A DNA stretch of 64,000 bases from Acidilobaceae archaeon (GTDB taxonomy: Archaea; Thermoproteota; Thermoprotei_A; Sulfolobales; Acidilobaceae): the NCBI GenBank assembly GCA_038897215.1, contig JAWAWX010000001.1:512001-576000 (forward strand). The letters run 5' to 3'. Shown piece by piece: positions 1 to 10,379 of this stretch (its first letter is position 1; the number at the start of each line of letters is the position of its first letter). Under the pieces are notes generated by a model. It was not told where the DNA came from and did no database searches. It worked only from the letters and a program-made list of their open reading frames with translations. The translations under genes and the position numbers were made by a program.

Positions 1-858
1 CAGACAATGCTGGCACTTGAGCACATAAAGCGCATATACCCAAAGCTAGAGTTCGAGATAGTCACGGTTAAAACTAAAGGCGATATCGTTCGCGACAAGC
101 CTTTATACGAGATAGCCGACGTGGGCATCTTCGAGAAAGAGGTGAACCAAGCAGTGCTAAGGGGAGAGGCGGACATAGCCGTGCACAGCCTTAAAGACTT
201 GCCCGGCAGGTTTTCCGAGGAGCTAGAGATAGTCTACGCTCCACCGAGAGACCCCCCATTCGACGCTATAGTATTCAGAAAAAGCTCCCCCAAGTCTCTA
301 GAAGACCTCCCCCCGGGCTCCGTAGTCGGCACATCCAGCATCAGGAGAGCTGCTCAGATCAGGTTTGCAAACGATAGAGTCAGAGTGGAGAACATCAGGG
401 GAAACGTGGACACGAGACTGAGGAAGCTCGAGAGCGGAGCATACGACGCTATAGTAGTCGCTGAAGCAGGCTTGTTGAGGCTAGGAGTAAGCATCAACTA
501 CCAGAGGCTACCCCTAATCCCCTTCACTCCAGCTCCAGGGCAGGGCTTGATAGCAGTAGTCGCTCCCAGAGACAGCCCAATAGCGGAGATGCTGAGAGGG
601 AGAGCTGATAGAGCGACCTGGTCTATGCTGGTTGCTGAGAGGAGCTTCGTCGAGACTCTCAGAGCAGGCTGTAAGGCTGCCGTGGGAGCCGTCTCTACGT
701 ATAGAGAGGGAGAGCTGGTGATGGTCTCCTGCGTGCTCTCCCCCAGCGGCTCTAAGGGATTCTGGGTTAGAGCAAGAGAAGACGCCTCGAGAGCAGAGAA
801 GCTAGGAGCGGCTCTAGCGGAGACTATCAAGAGCTACATGGACAAGGTGCTAGACTAG
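1..858 (+). CDS. hemC: Hydroxymethylbilane synthase (porphobilinogen deaminase), 5'-truncated by the window edge
   Basis: Motifs TKGD, GIFEKEV, DIAVHSLKDLP, VGTSSIRR, IRGNVDTRLRKL. Frame is open back to base 1 and the N-terminal TRGS motif is missing. Confidence 0.95.
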   Translation, partial: QTMLALEHIKRIYPKLEFEIVTVKTKGDIVRDKPLYEIADVGIFEKEVNQAVLRGEADIAVHSLKDLPGRFSEELEIVYAPPRDPPFDAIVFRKSSPKSLEDLPPGSVVGTSSIRRAAQIRFANDRVRVENIRGNVDTRLRKLESGAYDAIVVAEAGLLRLGVSINYQRLPLIPFTPAPGQGLIAVVAPRDSPIAEMLRGRADRATWSMLVAERSFVETLRAGCKAAVGAVSTYREGELVMVSCVLSPSGSKGFWVRAREDASRAEKLGAALAETIKSYMDKVLD

Positions 859-1598
859 TGGCTGAGAGGAGAGGCAGAGTATACATCGTAGGAGGAGGCC
901 CCGGCGACCCCGAGCTGATAACCGTAAAGGGGCTCAAGCTGGTTCGAGAAGCAGACGTGATACTCTACGATAGACTAGCCCCCAGGGGGGTGCTCAAGGA
1001 GGCTAAGCCGGGAGCAGTCTTGGTCGATGTCGGTAAGAAGCCGGGAGGAGGGGGGCCTAGCCAGGAGGAGATAAACAAGATGCTCGTAGACTACGCGATG
1101 AGAGGGATGCTTGTAGTGAGGCTGAAGGGAGGAGACCCCTACGTCTTCGGGAGAGGCGAGGAGGAGTGCTTATTCGTGAAGTCTCACGGGATAGACTGCG
1201 AGGTAGTCCCGGGAGTGCCTAGTTTCATCGCTGCTGCTGCGAGAAGCGGGGTTCCGCTAACTAGTAGAGGCTTATCCTCAAGTTTCGCTGTAGTGACGGG
1301 GCAGGAGGACCCCGGTAAGGGCTTCAAGGCTGTTGACTTGGCTAAAGTGGCTTCAGCAGTTGACGTGATCGTCATCCTCATGGGAGTGTCAAGAGCTCGA
1401 GAGATCCTAGAGGAGATAGCCTCTGTGAGAGGCTACCAGGAGCTCGCAGCCGTCGTCATCAGAGCGACTATGGAGAGCGAGAAGGTGATAGCCGGAACCA
1501 TAGAAGACCTGATAGAAGCTTCTGAGAGAGGAGAGCTCGAGAATCCAGCCGTGATAATAGTGGGGAGAACGGTGGCTCTACGTGAGAAGCTCGCGTGA
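858..1598 (+). CDS. cobA: Uroporphyrinogen-III C-methyltransferase
   Basis: VYIVGGGPGDPELITVKG, DVILYDRL, RLKGGDPYVFGRGEEE, VVPGV; lies between hemC and hemD. Confidence 0.95.
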   Translation: MAERRGRVYIVGGGPGDPELITVKGLKLVREADVILYDRLAPRGVLKEAKPGAVLVDVGKKPGGGGPSQEEINKMLVDYAMRGMLVVRLKGGDPYVFGRGEEECLFVKSHGIDCEVVPGVPSFIAAAARSGVPLTSRGLSSSFAVVTGQEDPGKGFKAVDLAKVASAVDVIVILMGVSRAREILEEIASVRGYQELAAVVIRATMESEKVIAGTIEDLIEASERGELENPAVIIVGRTVALREKLA

Positions 1599-2346
1599 AA
1601 GAGCCGAGGTCCTGGTCTTCTCGCCCGACGACTCTCTGCTGAGAGACCTAGAAGCTGAGGGTGTGACCGCGCGCTGGATACCTCTCATCGAGCTCGCTCC
1701 TAGAAGAGGCGCCTCTCTAGAGGTTCTGAGGGCTCTCGAGGAGTGTAGAGTAGTAGCGTTCACTAGCCCTAGAGCTCTCGCAATCCTCCTAGAGGACGCT
1801 AGAGAGCAGAGAGTAGAGGATAGGCTACTGGAGGCTCTGAGAGGTAGCGTAGTCGGAGTAGCTGGCCCCAAGACTCTCAGAGCTGTAGAGGAGGCTCTCG
1901 GGAGACCGCCAGACGTCGTGGCTCCAGAGCCCTATGCTCGGAGTCTAGCTCGAGAGATAGCTAGAAGAGGGTATGATTGCGTAGTCGCTGCTAGGTCTGC
2001 TGCTGGAGTTAGGGAGTTCGCTGAAGAGCTAGAGAGTGGTGGAGTAAAGCTTCTCGAAGTTCCCGTCTACGAGCCTAGAGTCAAGAACGAGTCTATCGAG
2101 ATTTTAAGAGAGAGATTAGAGAACTCCAAGCGGCTCGTATTAGCTCTAACGAGCCCAATGATAGCTGAAATTGTCTGCAGCGTTCTAGAGGAGATAGGTA
2201 TCCGAGACGCGCGACTAGTAGCCATCGGAGCTACCACGGCTAGAGCTGTAGAGTCTAGGTGCCCTCCTCAAGCTGAGCTGAGAGTAGGCGATGGAACTCC
2301 CGCTACTCTAGCTAGAATGATAGCTGTGCTCGTGGGAAGCGTGTAG
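1582..2346 (+). CDS. hemD: Uroporphyrinogen-III synthase
   Basis: FTSPRA, VAGPKT, VYEP, LTSP, AIGATTA motifs; in an operon with hemC/cobA. Confidence 0.8.
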   Translation: MRSSRERAEVLVFSPDDSLLRDLEAEGVTARWIPLIELAPRRGASLEVLRALEECRVVAFTSPRALAILLEDAREQRVEDRLLEALRGSVVGVAGPKTLRAVEEALGRPPDVVAPEPYARSLAREIARRGYDCVVAARSAAGVREFAEELESGGVKLLEVPVYEPRVKNESIEILRERLENSKRLVLALTSPMIAEIVCSVLEEIGIRDARLVAIGATTARAVESRCPPQAELRVGDGTPATLARMIAVLVGSV

Positions 2347-2355
2347 AGCAGAGAG

Positions 2356-3618
2356 CTAGGATGACTCGATGAACTCTACTAGTTGCTCTGTGTACTCGCT
2401 CGTCTTCAGTACAGTCGCTCCAGCCATATGCCTGGCAAGGTCTTGAGTTACTTTCTTCTCAGCTATGGCTCTCCTCACCGCTCTCTCTACTATCTCGCTC
2501 ACCTCTCTCCAGCCCAGGAAGTAGCTCACGAGAAGCGATGCTGAGAGTATTGCTGCTGTAGGGTTGGCTACACCCATGCCGGCATACTTTGGCGCGCTTC
2601 CGTGAACAGGCTCAGCTACAGCTATCCCATCGCCCATGTTGAGTCCTGGAGCTATGCCTACTCCTCCCTCTAGAGCTGCTACAGCATCCGTTATTATATC
2701 GCCAGCCACGTTAGGCGTGACGAGTATCTCGTAGTCCCAGGGTCTAGTTATCAGTTGCTGGATCATGTTGTCTGTTATCCTATCGTTGACTAGGATCTTG
2801 TTTGGAGGAACTACTCCTCCATAGAGCATATTCACCTCCTCCTCTGTGACAACATAGTCTCTGAACTCTCTGAGAGCGAGTTCGTAAGCCCACTTCACGA
2901 AAGCTCCTTCAGTGTACTTCATCACGTTACCCTTGTGAACTATGGTGACTCTCTTGTTCCCATTGGCTATAGCCCATTTGAGAGCAGCTCTCATTATTCT
3001 CTCAGTACCCGTTCTGCTTATCACCTTCAAGCCTAGTCCAGCGTCACTTCTAACTCTTATCCCGAACCTCTTACTCAAGAAGTCTCTAATCTCCTCGGCT
3101 TCGAGGCTATCCCACTGCCACTCTATCCCGACATAGAGGTCCTCTGTATTCTCTCTAAACACGACGACGTCCAGCTTATCGGCATACACGAAAGGAGCCG
3201 GTTGCCCGTACCACTTCATCGGTCTTATGTTAGCGTAGAGGTCTAGAGCTATTCTGAGAGCAACATTGACACTCCTCCACCCAGAGCCCACAGGGGTCGT
3301 CATGGGGCCCTTCAATCCCGCTCTTATGACTCTAAGAGCCTCTATAGTAGCGAGTGGGAGTCTCTCACCGCAGAGCTCTTGAGCCTTATCTCCGGCTAGT
3401 AGCTCTACCCACTTAATCCTCCTCTTGCCTCCATAAGCTCTCCTTACTGCAACATCTATTACCCTAATAGCGCTAGACACGACTTCTGGACCTATACCGT
3501 CTCCTTCGATAAACGCTATCGTCGGCTCCTCGGGTACAAGTAATCTACCATTATCATACCTGATCAGAGATTCTCGCTCGAGAACCTGGAGGTCGCTGAG
3601 TTCACAAATCCGCATCAA
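2356..3618 (-). CDS. icd: NADP-dependent isocitrate dehydrogenase
   Basis: FIEGDGIGPEV, KGPMTTPVGSGWRSVNVALR, RENTEDLY, VHKGNVMKYTEG, EPVHGSAPKYAG, VTQDLAR. Confidence 0.95.
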   Translation of the reverse strand: MMRICELSDLQVLERESLIRYDNGRLLVPEEPTIAFIEGDGIGPEVVSSAIRVIDVAVRRAYGGKRRIKWVELLAGDKAQELCGERLPLATIEALRVIRAGLKGPMTTPVGSGWRSVNVALRIALDLYANIRPMKWYGQPAPFVYADKLDVVVFRENTEDLYVGIEWQWDSLEAEEIRDFLSKRFGIRVRSDAGLGLKVISRTGTERIMRAALKWAIANGNKRVTIVHKGNVMKYTEGAFVKWAYELALREFRDYVVTEEEVNMLYGGVVPPNKILVNDRITDNMIQQLITRPWDYEILVTPNVAGDIITDAVAALEGGVGIAPGLNMGDGIAVAEPVHGSAPKYAGMGVANPTAAILSASLLVSYFLGWREVSEIVERAVRRAIAEKKVTQDLARHMAGATVLKTSEYTEQLVEFIESS

Positions 3619-3754
3619 CCGTGGAAACCCCCAGAGCCTCTCGGAGGAGAAACTCTGTGCCTAATATCTACCATAGCTGGCTCAGCTGTTGACCCGAGAG
3701 GCGGAGGTCTTTTTAGGCAGGTAGCACTCTTCCCCCTTCCTTGGAGATAGAGGC

Positions 3755-5044
3755 GTGGGGAGTAGCGAAATCTGGAGTGAGCTACTGGCATTCGATGATG
3801 TGGCTGTTGTGCCGGGGAAGGCTTTTATCGAGCCGAGTCAGGTGGATTTGAAGAGCAGATTCTCTAAAAGCGTTGAGCTCTCAATCCCCATAGCTTCTAG
3901 CCCAATGGATACCGTGACTGAGTGGAGGCTAGCCACAGCTCTTGCTAGAGTAGGGGCTCTAGGAGTGATACATAGGAACCTTAGTGTAGAAGAGCAGGTG
4001 TCTCAGGTTCTGAGAGTGAAGAGCGAAGACCCCGGGATAGATAGGGAGGTTTTGATAGCCACGGGTGGCGATGTGAGAGAGCTCGTCGCGAGAGCTAGTA
4101 GAGAGGGTGTGGCATCAGCTCTGATCATGAGCGGCAAAGAGCCTCTAGCTGTGCTAGCTCTAGACGTAGGTAATGTAGAGTACTGGTTGGATAAAGCGCT
4201 CGGGTTAGCTAAGCTCGTCAAGCTAGTGGACATAGAACCGGCTTTAGATGAGAAGGGGAGGCTGAGAGTGGCTGCCGCAATCAGCCCCTTCGACTACGAG
4301 AGGATCACTAGGCTCGATTCTGTTGAAGTAGACGCTCTAGTAGTTGACGTCGCGCACGCGCATAACGAAAACGTCATCTCCTCTCTAGCCAACATCTCGA
4401 GAGAGCTCAGAGCAGACCTAGTAGTTGGAAACGTTGGATCGAAGGAAGCTGTAGTCGAGTACGTGTCGAGACTAGAGAAGATAGATGGTTTTAGAGTAGG
4501 CATAGGTAGCGGTAGCATATGCTCTACAGCTGAAACAACAGGAGCCTACATGCCGACACTAACAGCAGTTCTAGAGGCTAGAAGAGGGCTAGAAGAGGTA
4601 GGTTTGTGGGAGAAAGTGCCGATCATAGCAGATGGGGGGATTAGAGGAGCCTCGGACGCCGTTAAAGCATTCATCGCTGGAGCTTCATCTATAATGTCGG
4701 GCAGGCTCTTCGCTGGAGTAGAGGAATCAGCTGGTCTGAAGCTACGAATAGGAGATAGAGTATACAAACAGTATAGAGGGATGGCGAGCAAGGGGGCTAT
4801 GGAGAAGAGATTCGCTAGCGACAGGTACTCCAGACCCTCGAAGTCGATACTCGAGGGGGTAGAGGGCTTAGTCCCGTATGCTGGTAGCGTATACTCCATC
4901 ATAGCAGAGCTAGTAGCTGGGATAAAAGCAGGACTCGGGTATGCTGGCGCTAGAAACGTGAGAGAGTCTTGGAACTGCAGGCTAGCTAGGCTTACATCAG
5001 CCTCCAAGACGGAAGCTGGACCTCACGACGTGATAGTTAGGTGA
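3755..5044 (+). CDS. guaB: IMP dehydrogenase
   Basis: FDDV, SSPMDTVTE, GVIHRN, VDVAHAH, VGIGSGSICST (catalytic Cys), IIADGGI, YRGMAS, EGVEG. Confidence 0.92.
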   Translation: MGSSEIWSELLAFDDVAVVPGKAFIEPSQVDLKSRFSKSVELSIPIASSPMDTVTEWRLATALARVGALGVIHRNLSVEEQVSQVLRVKSEDPGIDREVLIATGGDVRELVARASREGVASALIMSGKEPLAVLALDVGNVEYWLDKALGLAKLVKLVDIEPALDEKGRLRVAAAISPFDYERITRLDSVEVDALVVDVAHAHNENVISSLANISRELRADLVVGNVGSKEAVVEYVSRLEKIDGFRVGIGSGSICSTAETTGAYMPTLTAVLEARRGLEEVGLWEKVPIIADGGIRGASDAVKAFIAGASSIMSGRLFAGVEESAGLKLRIGDRVYKQYRGMASKGAMEKRFASDRYSRPSKSILEGVEGLVPYAGSVYSIIAELVAGIKAGLGYAGARNVRESWNCRLARLTSASKTEAGPHDVIVR

Positions 5045-5054
5045 ATAGCTAGAA

Positions 5055-5615
5055 ATGCCTAGTGCTAAAGTCACGATCACAAGATTCAATAGGAGTATCT
5101 TAAAGCTGGGAGCACTCACGATAACAGTCCTCGAGCCCGCAGAGACTACAGTCGAGCAGATAGAGGGAGATATAATCGAGATTCTAGCTAGAGTCAGTGA
5201 AAACGAGGTCATGCAAGAAAATACTGCATACGTCGTAGCAGAGATAGTCGGAATGGGGGCAAAGCTTGTCTACGGGGATACGAGGACAAGAAGCAAGGAA
5301 AAACTTCTACTCCCACGCCCAGCGAAGCTAGCTAGAGTAGGAGTTGTTAAGACTAGTTCGCTAAAATACGACTCCAGGCTCGGAGGAGTAGTCTTTAGAG
5401 AAGAGGACATAGAGTGGTACACTGTACCCCGTGAAGTCTACGTCTTCGACCCGCGTCTAGAGATAGGGGAAGACGTAGCTTTCGTTATACTAGAGACAGA
5501 TTTGGGTAGAACAATAGTCAAGACCGCAGACCTATCGAAGTTCACCACAATAGAGTCTACAGAGGTGACACTAGCACCCAGCATTGACGAAGCTCCTTCC
5601 TCACGTGAGAAATGA
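5055..5615 (+). CDS. Hypothetical protein
   Basis: 186-aa ORF with typical codon usage directly after guaB; no recognised motif. Confidence 0.7.
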   Translation: MPSAKVTITRFNRSILKLGALTITVLEPAETTVEQIEGDIIEILARVSENEVMQENTAYVVAEIVGMGAKLVYGDTRTRSKEKLLLPRPAKLARVGVVKTSSLKYDSRLGGVVFREEDIEWYTVPREVYVFDPRLEIGEDVAFVILETDLGRTIVKTADLSKFTTIESTEVTLAPSIDEAPSSREK

Positions 5616-5749
5616 ATAATGGGGGGAGATCAGACCGGGAAATCTGTGGTTCTTATTGCAATCACGTATAACGGTATCAGAGCCTAATCATTTAAAAGGC
5701 TCTAGACTCTATTACTATTATACAATAGTTCTCTTGGTGAACAGTTTAA

Positions 5750-6487
5750 GTGAATGCTAAACCTAAGGTATTGATAGTAAACGGTTCTCCGAGAAAGTAC
5801 GGGTCTTCCGCTAAGCTCGCGAACGTAGCTGCTAAAGGGGTAGCTGACGCTGGTGGAGTAGCAGAGATCGTGTACCTCTACGACTATAATATAAAGCCGT
5901 GCATAGGCTGCATTTCGGATAACTCGAGATACTGCGCTTTCCCGTGCATAGTGAGTGATGACGATTTTAATAAGATAGGAGAGAAAGTGCTATACTCCGA
6001 TGGCCTTATCTTAGCGACTCCCGTTTACTGGTACGGCCCCACGGGTGTCTTGAAGAACTTCATAGATAGACTTACAAGCATGGAGAACATGATATTCCAC
6101 AAGCCGCGTAGGAGCCTACTAGAAGGTAAAGTCGCGGGGTTTATTGCCGCTGGCTTAGATTCAGGAGTTCTCATGACTATAGCTTATCTCATGTCTGTGC
6201 TAAACAGTATGGGTGCTATTATACCGCCTTGGGGTATGGCTTATACTCATAGCGAGAACGTAGATGCAGATGAGAGTGCATTAAGAGACGCGTATAATGT
6301 CGGGTATCTAGTTGTAGAGACTGTAAAAGCGCTTAAAGCTTATGGAAAACATATCGGTTACAAGCCGGATGTCGTGGTAGAAGAGCTCGCTAAGATAGCT
6401 AAAACGACTCTCGAAGAACATACAAGGAGCTCTAGGATTATGTGGATCGATAGCATGTTCAAGAAGAGTTCTATCTCACAGTCCTGA
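5750..6487 (+). CDS. Flavodoxin-family / iron-sulfur flavoprotein (NADPH-dependent FMN reductase fold)
   Basis: NGSPRKYGSS, CIGC-x7-C-xx-PC cysteine cluster, ATPVYWYG, LKNFIDRL. Confidence 0.88.
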   Translation: MNAKPKVLIVNGSPRKYGSSAKLANVAAKGVADAGGVAEIVYLYDYNIKPCIGCISDNSRYCAFPCIVSDDDFNKIGEKVLYSDGLILATPVYWYGPTGVLKNFIDRLTSMENMIFHKPRRSLLEGKVAGFIAAGLDSGVLMTIAYLMSVLNSMGAIIPPWGMAYTHSENVDADESALRDAYNVGYLVVETVKALKAYGKHIGYKPDVVVEELAKIAKTTLEEHTRSSRIMWIDSMFKKSSISQS

Positions 6488-6637
6488 AGCAGAGGAAAAG
6501 CCTGGTCGTGCTTCGACTTCTTGCAGAAATCGATGACAATTTCGGTCGTGCTACTTAATTGGTGATCACGCTATAGATGAAGGGATGTCTCGAGACAATC
6601 TTTACTTCGATAAGACGCTAAATCCAGAACAGTAAGA

Positions 6638-6961
6638 CTAAGAGTTCTCGATGTCTAGCCTCTTAGATGAGCGAAGAACTCTCTCCGACTCTAGGAAGAC
6701 TAGATGAATAACCATGTCTTTATGTGAACGAGTAAGGTGAAGAAAGTATCCTCTCTTAGTAGTGAAGACTCTACCACAGAGAGGGCACTTAAATGAAGAA
6801 CCTATGAGGACTCTTAGTTGGAGCCCCACGTTTCTGACAGCGTCGAGCAGATGTTTTGAGAGCAGTGGACTACAGTAGCTCTCGGGCTCAGTTAGAGCTG
6901 AAGCTATGGAGGCAACACCCCTCACTACCTCTTGCTCAACCAGCTTGTTTAGCGCGCTCAA
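6638..6961 (-). CDS. C2H2 zinc-finger protein
   Basis: FKCPLCGRVFTTKRGYFLHLTRSH is a C2H2 signature. Confidence 0.75.
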   Translation of the reverse strand: MSALNKLVEQEVVRGVASIASALTEPESYCSPLLSKHLLDAVRNVGLQLRVLIGSSFKCPLCGRVFTTKRGYFLHLTRSHKDMVIHLVFLESERVLRSSKRLDIENS

Positions 6962-7203
6962 GTCTCTCTAAGACCTCTTGCTCTTCTTCGAATAGCCAAA
7001 GATAATTAGATGACGTTATCGACTCTTAAAAAGACTAGCTACCGCTCGAGTTCAAGCTACCGACTAGGTTACTGCCGAAGGGTCTCCAGGCTTGCCTCTA
7101 TGCTTTGTTACCGCCGCGGTTTTCCGCTGGAAAGACTTTCCATGAGGTGTGTCTACTGGCTTACTTGACGCTTCTTAGTGAGGCTGGCTCTCACGCGCTA
7201 CTC

Positions 7204-8061
7204 TTAGAGCTGAATCTTACCTAGAATTTTCTGCCTCCCATTCTCAGTTATTATGGGGGTTATCTCGATGTATGTTGAGAGAATCGTGCTCTTTATCTTA
7301 GGCAATAGCACATGCTCTATCTGAAAGAAGCCAGCGCTACTATCCATGTAGACCTTGATGTGGATCGGTCTCTCTCCCCTCTCTACCTCTACGCGTTTTA
7401 TGCTGAGTGCTGATAGGGCGTGCATGTCCGCCTTCCCCTTACTGTACGGTATGCGAGCCCTCCCTTCAGCCATGTCTGTTCCATCTGCTATCTTGACTAT
7501 ACTAGACTCGATCGTGAGCGCGGGCACGTTGTAGGCTGTGGAGTAGACTATATTGGAGACCTCGCTAGCCATCCTGTAGTATAGTCTAGGCTCCTCGCCG
7601 GGGATTATGATGGGAATCAGTCTTTTGGCTATCTCGTAGGCTAGCAACGCTCCTAGCTCTTCGTGTCTCTCTCTATGGATAGCGTTGCCTACGTCGTGTA
7701 AGGCTGCTCCAAGGAGTAGCACTATCTTAGACTGCTCTAGATTCCTGACTACCCCCTGCCCTAAGCTAGAGGGGACTAGTCCTTCGCTAATCAAGAGGTC
7801 TAGCATTAGGAGAGAGACGCCGGAAACTATAGCTATGTGGACGGGCCCGTGATCGTTGTAGAGGAGTCTCGTGACAGCGTTCACGTTCGACATCTTAGCC
7901 AGCTCTTGGACCTCCAAGTCGCTCGTCAGAACGCTCCAGGCTCTAGCTATAGTGGGGTCTTTGCGCGCGTACTCTTCTATGAGATGTGGGCCCACGATGG
8001 GCAAGACTATCACCTCAAAGCTTGAGAATAGCTGGACGGAGACTCGACCTCTTTGCATCAC
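7204..8061 (-). CDS. HD-domain phosphohydrolase
   Basis: YNDHGPVH, LHDVGNAIHRERH, ADGTDMAEGRAR. Confidence 0.88.
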   Translation of the reverse strand: MMQRGRVSVQLFSSFEVIVLPIVGPHLIEEYARKDPTIARAWSVLTSDLEVQELAKMSNVNAVTRLLYNDHGPVHIAIVSGVSLLMLDLLISEGLVPSSLGQGVVRNLEQSKIVLLLGAALHDVGNAIHRERHEELGALLAYEIAKRLIPIIIPGEEPRLYYRMASEVSNIVYSTAYNVPALTIESSIVKIADGTDMAEGRARIPYSKGKADMHALSALSIKRVEVERGERPIHIKVYMDSSAGFFQIEHVLLPKIKSTILSTYIEITPIITENGRQKILGKIQL

Positions 8062-8066
8062 GCGTC

Positions 8067-9161
8067 TCAGATGGGTATGACTGGAGTCTCTCCGAATAGC
8101 TTGAAAGCCACCTTGTCTCCCGGCTCTACTCCAGCCAGCGGGACTACTCTGACTCCAAGAGGCTTCCTCTTAGTCTTCGAGTATGCTGCTACTTCTAAGA
8201 TCAAGCCGGCTACTCCCTCTACATCGGCTGGCACGACAGCCAGGTCTAGTCCAGCTAAGCACACTCCAGAGAGTCTAGCTAAGTCTCTGGCTGTAACACT
8301 CGACTCTACTACTCTGACTTTAAGCCTAGAGTCCTCGGCTATCGGGAGCTGGACCTCATTGTAGCCTAGTGAGGGGAGGGTTTCAGCAACCTTCTCTAGA
8401 ACATCGTTCACTACTCTGACCCCCCACGCGTACCCAGGCTTGGGCATCTTAGTCCCAGCGACTGCCTCTGTGAGACCTAGAGAAGACTCGTTCATCCAGG
8501 GGGAGACGCTGAGGTCCACTCCCCCCACCTCAGCGCCCAGAATTCTAGCAGCCTTCTCTGCTACATCGAGACCCACACGCCCAGCTCTAGCTACAGCTCT
8601 CTCTAGCTCTTCAAGCCCCCCTCTCTGATAGGCTTCAAGCAAGTAGTTAGGGTAGAGGAGCGATACTGTGACTATATCGCGGTCTCCTTGAGAATAAGCT
8701 AGGGGGAAGTAGGGAGTCACTATAGGCTCTCCTAGAGTATTGACGCCGATCCGAGTTGGATAGTTTACGTTCTCGTCTGCTATCTTGTGGAGAACAGTCG
8801 AGACTCTGAGAGCTGTGCTCCAGCTACGGTCGTCTAGGAGGATGCCCGCTATGAGGTCTAGTCTGGCTATCTCTGCTACAGCCTCCTCGAGCTGGGAGTG
8901 TGTAGCTGGGATATTCCCCACGGATGCCATGACCATGTCTGGCTTACGTTTATCTATATTCTTAGCTAGCTCCAAGAAGTTAACGTCGGGAAGCGGTGGC
9001 AAAACTAGCCTGATAGAGTTTACTGGGATCATCAAGTCTCTCTCGACCTCGCTCTTAACGTCGAGTAACCTATAGGCTAAACTCTCCACTCTCTCCCACC
9101 CCTCTTCGAACGTAGCGTGGGATAGATGCAGAACAACTGCTCTCACGGCAAACACTCTCAT
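8067..9161 (-). CDS. DUF711 (PFL-like) family protein
   Basis: TPYFP, GVDLSVSPW, GYNEVQLPIAED, SGVCLAGLD, KPLGVRVVP. Confidence 0.8.
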   Translation of the reverse strand: MRVFAVRAVVLHLSHATFEEGWERVESLAYRLLDVKSEVERDLMIPVNSIRLVLPPLPDVNFLELAKNIDKRKPDMVMASVGNIPATHSQLEEAVAEIARLDLIAGILLDDRSWSTALRVSTVLHKIADENVNYPTRIGVNTLGEPIVTPYFPLAYSQGDRDIVTVSLLYPNYLLEAYQRGGLEELERAVARAGRVGLDVAEKAARILGAEVGGVDLSVSPWMNESSLGLTEAVAGTKMPKPGYAWGVRVVNDVLEKVAETLPSLGYNEVQLPIAEDSRLKVRVVESSVTARDLARLSGVCLAGLDLAVVPADVEGVAGLILEVAAYSKTKRKPLGVRVVPLAGVEPGDKVAFKLFGETPVIPI

Positions 9162-9401
9162 CGCCTCCGCTGAAGCCGAGCCGCTAAGTGTAGGCTATAT
9201 GGTAGGCTATTAAGCTATCATACATCCGAGGTTCTATCGATCGGTCAAGCGATAGAGTTGAGTGCTGGGAATCCCGGGGCTTGCTTTACGCTGGTTTGAG
9301 CGCGCTCGAGTCATGCGAGCAAGTGAGCTAAGTGCGTGCTGAGCGGGAAGTACGTCTTTAGAGCTATAGAGTTAGTCGTAGAGAGCGCGTTTATGATGAA
9401 G

Positions 9402-9425
9402 AAAAAACTAGTCGAGATGACTAGT
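9402..9425 (-). terminator. Hairpin plus T-run, putative terminator
   Basis: ACTAGTC-gagat-GACTAGT inverted repeat followed on the minus strand by TTTTTTCTT, about 35 nt after the stop of 9459..9818. Confidence 0.4.
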
Positions 9426-9458
9426 CCTGTGTGATACTGTAGAAATCGATGTGACCCC

Positions 9459-9818
9459 CTAGCTTGATAGGATATCGAAGATTACGATGGCAGATGTGAG
9501 GAAGGCTAGCAGATGTGCTAGAGAGAGCTCTAAGACCTCAGAGATTAGTGATAGCTTCAGTCTCCTCAGCTTAGCTAGAGTAACTATGAGGGTCATTGTA
9601 GCTATGGCGTTTGCTACGAGTCCAGCTATGGTGGCTAGAGTGAGTCTATCCGGATAGATGGCCTCCCAGAGGGCCCAAACTCCAACAGCGTAAATCATGC
9701 CTAGAAACGAGCCCGTGCTGATAGCTATCACTACATGGGGTTTGAGGAGTTCTAATAGACTCCTGGCTTGGCTCGCGTTCACGTCTTCATAGCACCGGAT
9801 CTCCAGAGTATCATCCAC
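9459..9818 (-). CDS. Hypothetical membrane protein
   Basis: Three hydrophobic segments; follows the flavin reductase gene. Confidence 0.65.
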   Translation of the reverse strand: MDDTLEIRCYEDVNASQARSLLELLKPHVVIAISTGSFLGMIYAVGVWALWEAIYPDRLTLATIAGLVANAIATMTLIVTLAKLRRLKLSLISEVLELSLAHLLAFLTSAIVIFDILSS

Positions 9819-10333
9819 GACTCTTCTTTGAGTTCATAGATTCCAGAGTTCCAGTAGACTAAGGGGAGCTCTTTAGAGTTCGAGTACGCGTCGACAACCT
9901 TGCCTACGACTAGCACATGGTCTCCTATCTCTATCTCCTTGTAGAGTTCGCATTCTAGAACTAGAGGAGACTCTGGTATAATGGGAGCTACGATCTTCCT
10001 CCCTTTCTGTGGGACTATCTTAGCTGCCTCAAATTTATCCATTCTAGTTCCAGAAACTCCCCCGAATACGTTGAGAGCTACTTGTAGAAGCTTCCGCGGC
10101 ACTGTCATAACAGCGAAAGCCTTATACTCTCTGATTAGCTTAAGTGTATGCCTGCCTGGAGCTGATGTGAAGCCGACGAGAAGCGGGTCTCCGGAGAGCT
10201 GTGTAAACAACACGACAACCATGCCTCCCCGTTTTCCGGGCTTCTCGGGGTCTCCTGCTGTCACTATGAGGAGTGGCTGAGGCACTTTCTCTATAAACTC
10301 TAGTAGACTCGTGGACGCTACCTCTTCAACCAC
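9779..10333 (-). CDS. Flavin reductase-like FMN-binding protein
   Basis: PQPLLIVT, SGTRMDKF, LECEL, GDHVLVVGKV. Confidence 0.88.
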   Translation of the reverse strand: MVEEVASTSLLEFIEKVPQPLLIVTAGDPEKPGKRGGMVVVLFTQLSGDPLLVGFTSAPGRHTLKLIREYKAFAVMTVPRKLLQVALNVFGGVSGTRMDKFEAAKIVPQKGRKIVAPIIPESPLVLECELYKEIEIGDHVLVVGKVVDAYSNSKELPLVYWNSGIYELKEESWMILWRSGAMKT

Positions 10334-10379
10334 ATCTGCTTACCGTTAAACCCTCTTTAATACTATAGTTTAAATATCT

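Noticed and set aside
6500-6560. Direct repeat GGTCGTGCT x2 between convergent genes
   Set aside because: Only two 9-nt copies; not CRISPR-like and no clear sRNA boxes.
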